Source of the DNA: Caecitellus pseudoparvulus
Taxonomy: Eukaryota > Protista > Bigyra: Bicosoecida
DNA: 64,000 nt
Assembly (NCBI GenBank): GCA_965644315.1
Contig: CBFFRQ010000078.1
Location: 370,647-434,646 of the forward strand
Direction of reading: 5' to 3'
The notes beneath the pieces are model-generated. The model was not told the DNA's origin and did no database searches. It worked only from the letters and a program-made list of their open reading frames with translations. The position numbers and the translations under genes are program-made. Of the stretch, positions 44,801 to 53,287 are shown piece after piece (position 1 is the stretch's first letter; every line of letters starts with the position of its first letter).

Positions 44801-47196
44801 TGTACAAGGGCACGGTGCTGGGCTTGGCCGCCGTGGGGGATCCCCAAGACAACACGACCGTCGTGGAGTTGGTGGCCATCTTCATGCAACAGCCCCTGCA
44901 CGTCGGCCCCCTCAGCCCTGGCGCAAGCACTGTGCACCTTCTGCAAGAAGCGCTCACCCCCAACCAGAACGGCATCGTGCTGCCTGACGGCATGTTGATT
45001 GCCACTCTGGATCTGCGGGATGCGGTCGGGCACAGGGTACCGCTGGAGGGCAACTTCGTCACCGCTAGCACGCAAGTCGTTGGCGGGACTGGTCTGATAT
45101 CTTCGTGCTTCAACAATGCCTCTGCAGTGGACCCCCTCACTGCCCGCGTGCGAGTCGTGACAGCTGAAGAGACGGGCTTGCCGGAAGACACTGCTGGGGT
45201 GGTCCTGCCAGTGCAGCTGCTGGATGTGGTTGCCAACGCGACCCGCCTGCAAGTTGAAGTTCGAGCTCGCGGTGAAGTGCTGGCCAACGTGCCATTACAG
45301 GCGCGTGCTGCCCCATGTGATGGCAGAGGTGCTCGCCTGGCCACCTGCGGCTTGCAGTGTGTCTGTGCGCCTGGCTTTGGTGCCGTGCTGGAGGGCAGCC
45401 GTGTGGGCTGCGAAAAGTGCCCCTTTGGCACGTTCAGCCCCAGGGAGTCCGGCGAGGAGTTGGCGCAAGCCTGCTTGCCGTGTGGCGAAGGTACCCTTGC
45501 GGCCCAAGGCAGCGCCCAGTGCGTGCCGTGCCCCCTCGGCACCGAGTGTGCCAAACAGCGAGTGGTTGTTCTGCCAGGGTACGGCTTCAGCGTGCCACCC
45601 ACTGCAGACACACTGAATGACACGACAGCTTTGCAGGCTGTACTGGAAAGCGTCACGCTGTGCCCGTACCCGCTCGTGTGTGAAGCCCCGGCCCAGGAAG
45701 GCTCTGGGCCCACTGCTGCACTCACCGACACCTCTTGCAGGCACCCGCATGCGGGGCATCTGTGTGGGCAGTGCGTGGAGGGATTCACGTACAGCAGCGT
45801 GCCAGGTGGGGCCACCATGCAATGTGTTGCCTGTGGCGACAACCCTGCGGCTATTGTCGGCACTGTGATTGCGATTGGCATGCTGGCGCTGCTGGCCCAA
45901 GTGTGGCTGTGGGTCACCTTCACGCAGCAGAACGCCAAGTCCCAGCACACCCACACACGTCTGCTCGCGCTGGTCATCATCTTGCTGCACCTGCAGTGGT
46001 CCTCCTTGATCTCCACGTACCGCCAGACAACGCCTGAAACGGAGGCCATCTCAGCCCTCGCACCCGCTGCCTCCATTCTGCCCATGCACACGTGGTACAT
46101 GGCGTGCTTCCTTGGCCCCCAAGCGCTGCTGAAGGGCTTCGCCCTCTCGGCAGCCATGCCACTTGTCGTGTCACTCCTGACCGCAGCCATTGCCGGTGTG
46201 TTCTCACTGTTCTCCAACATTCGCCATCGCATCAGCTCCGTCATCCTCCCCGCAGTGGCCATGGCCCTGTGTCAAACCATCCCCCACTCCCTGCAACTCA
46301 TGCTCAGCAGCGGCCTCATCGTGCAAGCTGGCCCAGAGGAAGCTGTGCTCGCAGCGGACTTTGCCACCAAAGCCGGCAGTGCGGACCACATTCTCTTGCT
46401 GGCAGTTGGAGTCCTCGTCTCCATCGCGTGGTGCGCGCTGGTCGTAGCGTTGCTCTGGCTGCCGCTGTGCCGGCCGCCCGCTGCTCGAGACGGCAACTTG
46501 CGTGCCACTGCAGAGGCAGTAGCCACAGGGCTGGCGCAACCTGTCGCCTGGTTTGCCGCCGTCTGGCTCGGGAGCAGCGTGCTCCTGGCCCTTGTTGCCG
46601 CCATGTCCACGCCTCCCATCGGGCGCGCCTTCGCAGCAGGGTGCGTCGCCACCGCCTCTGCCATGCTGCACCTGTACGCCCTCCCCTACGCACTGTCAGT
46701 GCCAGGGCAAGTGTTCTCTGGCTCCGCCCACATGTCTGCATTGTGGGTCACTGGCGCCCTCACACATTGCGGCAGCGCAGTGCAAGCCTGGTTCTCGTAC
46801 GCCCTCCAGGCCTGGGAAGCGGGGCTGTTCTTCTCAGGCGCAGGCTCTGCAAACCCCTTCTTTGTTCCCATTCAAACAGCGCTGCCCCCAGTACAGACCC
46901 TCTGCTACTTTGCCATCAACGCTGGCTTCTGGCTTCCAGCGGGCGCCGCAATCCTGACGCTGCTGTACCCGGAGTGGACTAGCCACCTCCCGGACGACGC
47001 CTTCTTTTTGTGCAACTGCGCACGGGGCTTCGGCGGGGCATCAAATCGTGGAGAGAGCACCATGGGAGGCTGGAACAAGAGCCTGCGGCACATCTCCGTC
47101 GGATCCAAGGAGCCTGACGTCGCTGAAATTCTGAACTCCAGACGCCGCAGGTCCCTGCGCATGCAAGCAAACCCCATGCAAGCGAGGAAGAAGTAA
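41821..47196 (+). CDS. Large surface receptor-like protein: signal peptide, 7 RCC1 repeats, S/T/P stalk, Ig-like region, Cys-rich repeats, multi-pass TM C-terminus
   Basis: Seven xxCWG RCC1 blades; (SNTPSGTPSA)n linker; CEKCPFGTFS...CLPCGEGT...CVPCPLGTEC; GHLCGQCVEGF; roughly 9-10 hydrophobic helices. Single 1791-aa ORF. Confidence 0.85.
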   Translation: MGTSRQALCALLLLTSACSPVITTAAARQGSAALSLAVPRLLGVSGCLIPPTVSVGIHTALACALMLDGSVQCWGTNYRGRLGVPGLGPVGNDTSVASAPKILLPLNTTAVQLSVGDSHACVVLSNGRILCWGSFHQGKLGGGHTSNVGDNEHVRDGAYTATVGNQLAVRVSCNRLHSCAVLANGSVQCWGNSESGRLGVGNVSHIPDTAPADARGVLATIGGLAAVDVSAGRFGGCMVLSNGTLQCWGSTAHGRVGLGTPWDGVLGDNETINVAGFVSTVNGSAAVQASMGDYTTCALLVGGHVQCWGDSTAHGSAILNNNIGNNQEASAGGVVPLLTPGTAVQVSVGSSHACAVLSTGDVQCWGSGSRGQLGYGNTNDVGIFPDLATSGGGVPRFGGLAALTVSAGTGATCITLTGGAVQCWGRNEVGQLGIGSTDDIGDDETASDAGLVPLVSPTPLLCSPTPSPSPSVTPSGTPSTPGTPSGTPSASNTPSGTPSASNTPSGTPSASNTPSGTPSASNTPSGTPSTTSSPTETPSATATASVSPSVTPSISLTPTVSPSASPSPELPSATAAPSSLPPVANIDGAPPEVRFAEIAPVSLPTRYFSLVEGGQQGDQDYNVTILARGRSTRVRGSVAYAGVLPHDANMTGLVAQAVSSNLRGDRPSIWFVGSSVSEPLRLDRWTRLNFLVRVRGYDSALRSAVRGGDLSRVASHDGLFVFRLRVLATHDSSQHAEVPFAVDVRTSGAAVSPGSITLYAGADGTLGAPLTSRVEVAAAGSLGASWTVQQTATTLCWLSLTSPDVTSGTGTAQQGGATEGGSKTTLQLAVDLSRLVKGIISAQVQVVLGDLGGTRTVSIPILIFVSLLQPCPSVLSLQSRAPSIQVDAVPDQGIVERQRVTGVRLRNLGPVTSTLFEAVVLPEHVPVGIEVDCTDPNPPPSPRERYHALLNGTGLAPWVAPALPVAGVNVAGQSAAELGLDILFSAENTSDVGVYKGTVLGLAAVGDPQDNTTVVELVAIFMQQPLHVGPLSPGASTVHLLQEALTPNQNGIVLPDGMLIATLDLRDAVGHRVPLEGNFVTASTQVVGGTGLISSCFNNASAVDPLTARVRVVTAEETGLPEDTAGVVLPVQLLDVVANATRLQVEVRARGEVLANVPLQARAAPCDGRGARLATCGLQCVCAPGFGAVLEGSRVGCEKCPFGTFSPRESGEELAQACLPCGEGTLAAQGSAQCVPCPLGTECAKQRVVVLPGYGFSVPPTADTLNDTTALQAVLESVTLCPYPLVCEAPAQEGSGPTAALTDTSCRHPHAGHLCGQCVEGFTYSSVPGGATMQCVACGDNPAAIVGTVIAIGMLALLAQVWLWVTFTQQNAKSQHTHTRLLALVIILLHLQWSSLISTYRQTTPETEAISALAPAASILPMHTWYMACFLGPQALLKGFALSAAMPLVVSLLTAAIAGVFSLFSNIRHRISSVILPAVAMALCQTIPHSLQLMLSSGLIVQAGPEEAVLAADFATKAGSADHILLLAVGVLVSIAWCALVVALLWLPLCRPPAARDGNLRATAEAVATGLAQPVAWFAAVWLGSSVLLALVAAMSTPPIGRAFAAGCVATASAMLHLYALPYALSVPGQVFSGSAHMSALWVTGALTHCGSAVQAWFSYALQAWEAGLFFSGAGSANPFFVPIQTALPPVQTLCYFAINAGFWLPAGAAILTLLYPEWTSHLPDDAFFLCNCARGFGGASNRGESTMGGWNKSLRHISVGSKEPDVAEILNSRRRRSLRMQANPMQARKK
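43261..43403 (+). repeat. Coding 30-bp tandem repeat (TCAAACACGCCGTCGGGCACGCCAAGCGCT)
   Basis: Three perfect units at 43291-43380, a partial unit at 43381-43403 and a degenerate unit at 43261-43290. Encodes SNTPSGTPSA. Confidence 0.95.
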
Positions 47197-47634
47197 AGTG
47201 TCCCGGAGCGGAGAGTGCCCTGTTGTGTGTGCTCTGGCCGGGCGCTCGCCTGGTTGGTCTGCTGCGGCGTGGCGGCGAGGCCGTCCGAATCCCTCTTCCT
47301 CAATTCACTCGTCATTCAGCCGCCTGCGCCCGAATCAAGCGCAACAACTCATTGATTTGTCTGGCTGCGATTGCAGCATTTGTGGCGCGGTTTGGAAAGT
47401 GAGGTGCTTGGGGGGGGAAGCTGAATCTGGTCGAGCGTGTGTACATCGTTTTTCACCTCAATTCAGAGTCACTTCTTGGGAAGTGCGTACTTGTTTGCTA
47501 CTTGGTCGAGTGCATGCCAGAAGGATTCAGAAACGCGGAGTGGCCAACTTCCATCACACCACTTCCCTCCCAGCCCTTGCAGCATACCTTCCCTTGTTCT
47601 TGCTCCTTTGTATCCTCCGCTAGCTCTAGCAGCC

Positions 47635-50523
47635 ATGGGCGTCAAACTCCTGTGGACATATGTCCAGACTAACTTGTACAGCAAGCGACGTCAGCAGCCC
47701 ATTCCGGGTCGCCGGCTTGCCATTGACGCGTACTCGTTCATTCTTCATGTGAATGAGCTGTACATGAAGCGAGTTTTCAACCATGACATGCCTGGGGCGT
47801 GGGGTGGGGAGCTGCATTCGTTTGAGCAAGTGCTTGAGCTAGTGATCGCGTGGGGATTCGGACGCGCCGAGCAGCTGGTGTTCGTCCTGGACGGAAGAGC
47901 TCATGATTTTATCGTCGCAGCAGACTTGAAGGCAGACGAGGATGCACACCGTCGCATGCGGCGCATGAAGAAGCAAGCAATGCTGAGGGCCTTTTGCTCG
48001 AGAAGTCCGGCAGAGCGCAAGTGTTGCATGAGCCGAGGTTGCGAAGTCACGGGCGACCTAATCTTGGACGTTGGTATCGCTGTCTTGGAGAAACTCAGCC
48101 ACACACCACTTGAGGGCTGCGATGCACGGGTGCACGTCATTCACGCAGCAGGTGAAGCTGACGATCTCCTCTCGGCACTGGTGGTGCAAGGCGTGTGCCA
48201 GGGAGTGGTTAGCAGCGACACCGACTTTCTCACAGTAGCTGGTTGCACTTGGCACCCACTACAGTGGTGCGGGATTCTCCGTATTCTCGTCAAGAACGCC
48301 GTCGACGAGCTTCAACGTCCCAATGGTCTCGTCAAGCGAGCGAAGGTGAGGTTGGAACTTCCAACCTTAGTGCCTTCTGATCTAGGACGTAAGCTGCGCC
48401 TGCACGAAGACTTTCTGGGGTTGCTTGGTGCATTTACAGGCAATGACTACACCAAGCACCGAGTCGTGGATGCCGGCTGTCGAGCTTGGCTGGGCCTCCC
48501 GGCCCTGACTTCAGGCAAGCCTTCGACACCGACCAAGTCCCTTGTAGCCTCTGCTGCAAGCAATCTAATCTTTTGGCTCAACCAAGCAAAAGTTCGTCCT
48601 AGTGTAGGCTGTGGCAGAGACCCGCGGGGTGCTTGGGGCAGAATCTGTGCCTTGCTGGAGAGGGTAGAAATCGGGAAGCTGGACCAACGATTCATCGACG
48701 GCGTGACACACACTCTTGCTGTGAATCGCCTTGATATTTGTCAGTGGATGGAAGTATCTGAAAGGGTGTTTGAGTCTTGCAATGTCCAAGACCTTGTCGC
48801 GGGTGGGGAGCGGTGTGAGCAAATGGCTCGTGCCATGGCCCAGGACCTGGCAGGTCTTTCGACGCGGACAGGCGTTCAAGAACAGTACGCTTCTGGACAA
48901 ATCCTCATGTGGCTGCACAAGCTCCGCTTAGGCAGAATGGTACGAGTCGTCGCATCTGGCAAAGCTTGGGCTGGTACTTCGGATGGGCTGTCGTGGGTGG
49001 CAAGGGAGTCTCCATCGCCATCTCTGCGGGATCTGGACTTCACGGCAGATGATTTGCAATACCTTGACGATAGCACCGACATGAAGTGGGCTGTCCGGCA
49101 GGCAGCTGCATGGGAAACTAGCTTGCCGCTGGCCACGCTGGTCGCAGCACCCTTGATTGCGTCGTGCACTGGATCACTCGGCCGCAGTGCTTTCTGCATA
49201 GGATGCATCATGCTGCATGGCCATACTCCCTTTTACAAGGAAGCCTTTGAGTCGCGGGCCACTGCTCCTCCAGTGCCCACGGTGGGCGATAGCATCAGCG
49301 AACCCACTCCGCACCAAGGGGAACCGGCAACTGCCGCTGCGCCAGCCGGCAATGACGTCACATGCGCATACTTCTTGTTCCGGGGTGTGAATGTCGTTGG
49401 CGATCTTGAGACGCCAGAGCCCGAGCTGTGCAGAAGCGTTGATCCCCAAGACGCTGCTGCCATCCAAGCGTCTCTGCAGGAAACACGCATCCCTAACTTT
49501 GCACACTTCGATGGGTCTCGCGAGGAGCGCCTCAAGACTTGGCTGCGTCTCATTAGCGTGACAACCAGTCCTGCCGCCAACTCTGCCGCAGGCGAGACAT
49601 GGAGTTGGCCTGTCAGTCCCATCAGCGTCTCGCAGTCCAAGAGTGTGGAGCACCAGGAGATTCTCGATAGAGCCATGCAGGTGGGGGAGGTTGAGACGCT
49701 TCTGGCCCCAGACGATAGCGAACTGCCGATGCTTGACCGCATGTTCATGGAGGCCATGCAAGACTCCCCTCCAGACCATGCACGGTCTGCCACGCCCATC
49801 GTCGGCGCACTGGCCCTGCGGCACCTCATGGGCCTGCAGCTCATGTGGGCACGCAACACGGGAGCACATGATACAGTGGGGGCTGACACCGGCCTGGCGA
49901 TGCCGGCACCTGTCTTGCTGACGCCAGTGCAGGTGGATGCGATGTTGTTGATGCTGGTGTCACTGGAGTTGGGATGTCCGAGCGGTTTGGCGTTGGACCG
50001 TGCTTCAGTGCCTCGGTATGAGCACGTGGAGATGGTGAAGTGCTACCAGAATGTGGTGGACGAGTTCATGAACGCCGGCGTGATGTGCGGTCTTGGGGGC
50101 AGTGCGAGTCCGGCACCTGAGTCTGTGCGTTGGCCGATGACGGGTGGTGAGGGCGGTGCGGCAGTTGCGGGAGCAGGCGTGGGGGTAGCAGGCGGCGCAG
50201 TGGCGGGTGGTGTGGGGGAGGCCGGGGCGCTGCCGATGGTGTGGTTGGGTGGTGTGTACGATGGCCGCACGCTGTACAGCCTGTTGGATGCGGTGGAGCG
50301 TGAGGCGTGCCAGCGTGAGGGGTGTGGGCTGCATCCCGCGGTGGTGGCAGGTCGTGAGGCACTGCCTGAGGCGGGTCGTGCGTACTTTGACGCGCTGCGT
50401 GAGGGTGTGTTGGGGGATGTGTTGGGGTATTGGGGTGAGGGAGGTGAGCCGGCTCGCGCGGAGGGGGGTGCGTTCCCGGCGGGGGTGATGGAGTATGAGG
50501 CAGGGCTTAAGTATTGGATTTGA
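47635..50523 (+). CDS. Asteroid/FAM120-like PIN (XPG/FEN1-fold) nuclease
   Basis: MGVKLLWTYV, RLAIDAYSF, VFVLDG, GEADD, VVSSDTDF, GAFTGNDY, and a C-terminal YDGRTLY block typical of Asteroid/FAM120 proteins. Intronless. Confidence 0.85.
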   Translation: MGVKLLWTYVQTNLYSKRRQQPIPGRRLAIDAYSFILHVNELYMKRVFNHDMPGAWGGELHSFEQVLELVIAWGFGRAEQLVFVLDGRAHDFIVAADLKADEDAHRRMRRMKKQAMLRAFCSRSPAERKCCMSRGCEVTGDLILDVGIAVLEKLSHTPLEGCDARVHVIHAAGEADDLLSALVVQGVCQGVVSSDTDFLTVAGCTWHPLQWCGILRILVKNAVDELQRPNGLVKRAKVRLELPTLVPSDLGRKLRLHEDFLGLLGAFTGNDYTKHRVVDAGCRAWLGLPALTSGKPSTPTKSLVASAASNLIFWLNQAKVRPSVGCGRDPRGAWGRICALLERVEIGKLDQRFIDGVTHTLAVNRLDICQWMEVSERVFESCNVQDLVAGGERCEQMARAMAQDLAGLSTRTGVQEQYASGQILMWLHKLRLGRMVRVVASGKAWAGTSDGLSWVARESPSPSLRDLDFTADDLQYLDDSTDMKWAVRQAAAWETSLPLATLVAAPLIASCTGSLGRSAFCIGCIMLHGHTPFYKEAFESRATAPPVPTVGDSISEPTPHQGEPATAAAPAGNDVTCAYFLFRGVNVVGDLETPEPELCRSVDPQDAAAIQASLQETRIPNFAHFDGSREERLKTWLRLISVTTSPAANSAAGETWSWPVSPISVSQSKSVEHQEILDRAMQVGEVETLLAPDDSELPMLDRMFMEAMQDSPPDHARSATPIVGALALRHLMGLQLMWARNTGAHDTVGADTGLAMPAPVLLTPVQVDAMLLMLVSLELGCPSGLALDRASVPRYEHVEMVKCYQNVVDEFMNAGVMCGLGGSASPAPESVRWPMTGGEGGAAVAGAGVGVAGGAVAGGVGEAGALPMVWLGGVYDGRTLYSLLDAVEREACQREGCGLHPAVVAGREALPEAGRAYFDALREGVLGDVLGYWGEGGEPARAEGGAFPAGVMEYEAGLKYWI

Positions 50524-51228
50524 GCCATGTTTGCAATGCATTTGACGCCGTGATTGGCAGCAATCGCTGGGGAAGTATGCTCCCCCCCCCCTTTTTCCTG
50601 GAGTGCAGGCTGCCTTGCCGGACAGGGCACGCAGGAGTCAGAATGGCATGGCTGAAGCAGAATGCTTCGATTCTGTGTGCAGTTGCCTTCGTGGTGGTTT
50701 GGTTGGTCACTCCAGGCGTGCAGCCAAGCAGGCAACTCGTGTGCAACTCTCCCGGGTACTGCGGAACTTCGCACGGCTATCTCGGCACGATAGGATCTGA
50801 AGGCCGGCAGACGTACTGTACATCATAGTATGCGATAAACCGGCGGGGTTTGACTGCCAGAACACGCGCCTCAAGTGTGAATCAGTGTTGGCCTGTCGGA
50901 TCGCAAACGACGATGCCCATCGATTTCCGCAAGGACCTTTGTCAAACGGAGAAGTCATCTCAGGTGCCTGTCTGTGGCGTTACATGAGACTGAACGATAT
51001 ATAGGTGGTTTTGCGTTGAATCTTGTGTTGCTTCGTTGAGTAGGCGCTCGTTTGCTGGCACAAGTGGGCTTGTCCCAGTTACCGCCAGCACTTGTGACAA
51101 GAACCAGCAATGGCAGTGCAACTTCAAAACTTGACTTCCTCCGATTCGCACTGACCCCAAAGCAAGGTTGGACCCTTGTACACGTTCAGTCAACTTACTT
51201 TGCCAGCGGCTACCGGTTTGCAGCCAAC

Positions 51229-52923
51229 ATGAGCAGTGCCGTGCACCAGCCGCAGGACTGGGCCGCCATTCCCACGCCTGGTGAAAGCAAAGCCGCTCAG
51301 GAGGCACTGTCAGAGGGCGCAGCCATCGAACTCACCCACACTTTGAGTCAAGAGGAGGCAGATGCTAGGTTTAAGGCCGCGTGCCGCGAGGGCGAGCTGC
51401 AGACCGTGCGAGAGTTGCTGGCCCTGACAGGCCCCAGCGCAGTTGACGTTCACTCGGGTGACGCGAATGGCCCAGAGTACGGCTTCCGGGCTGCATGCGC
51501 TTTTGGACACGTGGACATTGTACGAGAACTCTTGGCTCTGACCGGTGACCGCACGATTGACGTCCACGCGGCCGGCAAGGACGGGCCCGAGTTCGGGTTC
51601 CGCGCGGCCTGTGCGCTTGGCCACGAAGATGTCGTGCAAGAACTGCTAGCCCTGGAGGGCGAGCGGGCAATCGACGTGCATGCTGGAGATGAGCACGGTG
51701 CAGAGTTTGGCTTCCGAGCTGCCTGTGCCCTGGGACACCTCGGCATTCTGCGCACCCTGCTTGGGCTGACGGGGCACCGACTTGTTGATGTACACGTTGC
51801 AGACGCAGAAGCCCCTGAGTTTGGTTTTCGTGCTGCCTGTGCGAGGGGCCAGCTCCACATCGTGCGCGAGCTGCTTGCCTTGGATGGAGAGCGTGAAGTG
51901 GATGTGCATGCCGGGAACGCAGAAGGTGCTGAGCTGGGCTTTCGGGCTGCCTGTGCGAATGGCCACGTTGACGTTGTTCGCGAGCTGCTGTCGCTAGATG
52001 GCCACCGTGCAGTTGACGTGCACGTGAACCGTGAGCAAGCGTTCCGACTTGCATGTGGACAAGGGCGTGTTGGAGTTCTCCGAGAGCTCTTGGGCCTGAC
52101 AGGGACCAGAAGCGTGGATGTGCGCGCTGCTGACAGTGCCGGATTTGAAGCTGGATTTCGCTGGGCGTGTCGCAATGGCCATGCAGGTGTCGTGGGCGAG
52201 CTGCTGGCCTTGGAAGGCGCACGAGAAGTGAATGTGCACGCTGAGGACCGACATGGGCGCGAAGCTGCCTTCAGGTGGGCATGTGCTGGAGGACACGAGC
52301 CGGTTGTCCAGCAACTCTTGGCCCTCCAGCGAAAGAGAGCGGTGGACGTGCACGCAGCTGATCATCATGGGCCTGAGGCGGCATTTCAATGGGCATGTCA
52401 CAATGGACAGATTGCAGTGGTGCAACAGCTCCTCGCCCTGACGGGTGACCGAGAGGTGGACGTCCACGCTCGAGACAAGTTCGGGCTGGAAGGGGCGTTC
52501 CGACGAGCGTGCAAGAATGGTCATGTGGACGTTGTGCGTGAATTACTGGCCCTGACGGGACCTAGAGAGGTAAATGTGCATGCCAAGGATGAACACGGAT
52601 ACGAAGCAGGGCTTCAGTGGGCGTGCATCAATGGCCATGTCGAAGTCGTGCAGGAGTTGCTCGCTCTCAGCGGACCCCGCCAGGTAGACGTCCATGCCAG
52701 GGATCCTGAGGGGGCTGAAGCTTGCTTTCGGAAAGCTTGTCAAAACGGCCAGTTGACAGTGGTGCATGTGCTCCTTGCGCTGACTGGAGATCGAGCAGTG
52801 GACATCCACGCGGCAGATCGGAACGGCCCCGACGCCGCCTTTCGTGTCGCCAGCGAGGCAGGCCATGTGAAGGTGCTCGAAGCCCTGGACGCGTTCCTTG
52901 CTCGCGGACTGGCGGATGCGTGA
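51229..52923 (+). CDS. Ankyrin-repeat protein with about 14 long (38-aa) repeats
   Basis: Unit xxFRxACxxGHxxVVRELLALxGxRxVDVHAxDxxGxE repeated about 14 times, with one 34-aa unit. Intronless. Confidence 0.9.
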   Translation: MSSAVHQPQDWAAIPTPGESKAAQEALSEGAAIELTHTLSQEEADARFKAACREGELQTVRELLALTGPSAVDVHSGDANGPEYGFRAACAFGHVDIVRELLALTGDRTIDVHAAGKDGPEFGFRAACALGHEDVVQELLALEGERAIDVHAGDEHGAEFGFRAACALGHLGILRTLLGLTGHRLVDVHVADAEAPEFGFRAACARGQLHIVRELLALDGEREVDVHAGNAEGAELGFRAACANGHVDVVRELLSLDGHRAVDVHVNREQAFRLACGQGRVGVLRELLGLTGTRSVDVRAADSAGFEAGFRWACRNGHAGVVGELLALEGAREVNVHAEDRHGREAAFRWACAGGHEPVVQQLLALQRKRAVDVHAADHHGPEAAFQWACHNGQIAVVQQLLALTGDREVDVHARDKFGLEGAFRRACKNGHVDVVRELLALTGPREVNVHAKDEHGYEAGLQWACINGHVEVVQELLALSGPRQVDVHARDPEGAEACFRKACQNGQLTVVHVLLALTGDRAVDIHAADRNGPDAAFRVASEAGHVKVLEALDAFLARGLADA

Positions 52924-53287
52924 ACGTGCGGTGATGGCAAAGAACAATGCAAAGCGTTGAGTACGTGATTGGTGTGTGGAGGCTGAGGTTCTTGGTGAGA
53001 CCAGGAGCTACCGCAGCTTTCGTTGGGGTTCCAGGCCCAATCTGAGAGTTGCACAGCAGCATCAGCTTAATGAGCTAGAATTGGCAAACTTGACTTTCAT
53101 GGAGGAAGATGCAAGTCTTCTGACATCCATCCTGCACCATTGGCTGCGACTCTCTGCCATGAGAGTGCTGTGGAGTCAGAGCCCTACTCCGTGCAGATAC
53201 GTGCCACACCCAGTCCCGGATTCTTGTGCATTGGCAGCCGAGATTGTACCTCAGCGCCCCATGATGAATAATAGCATGTAGACGGCA

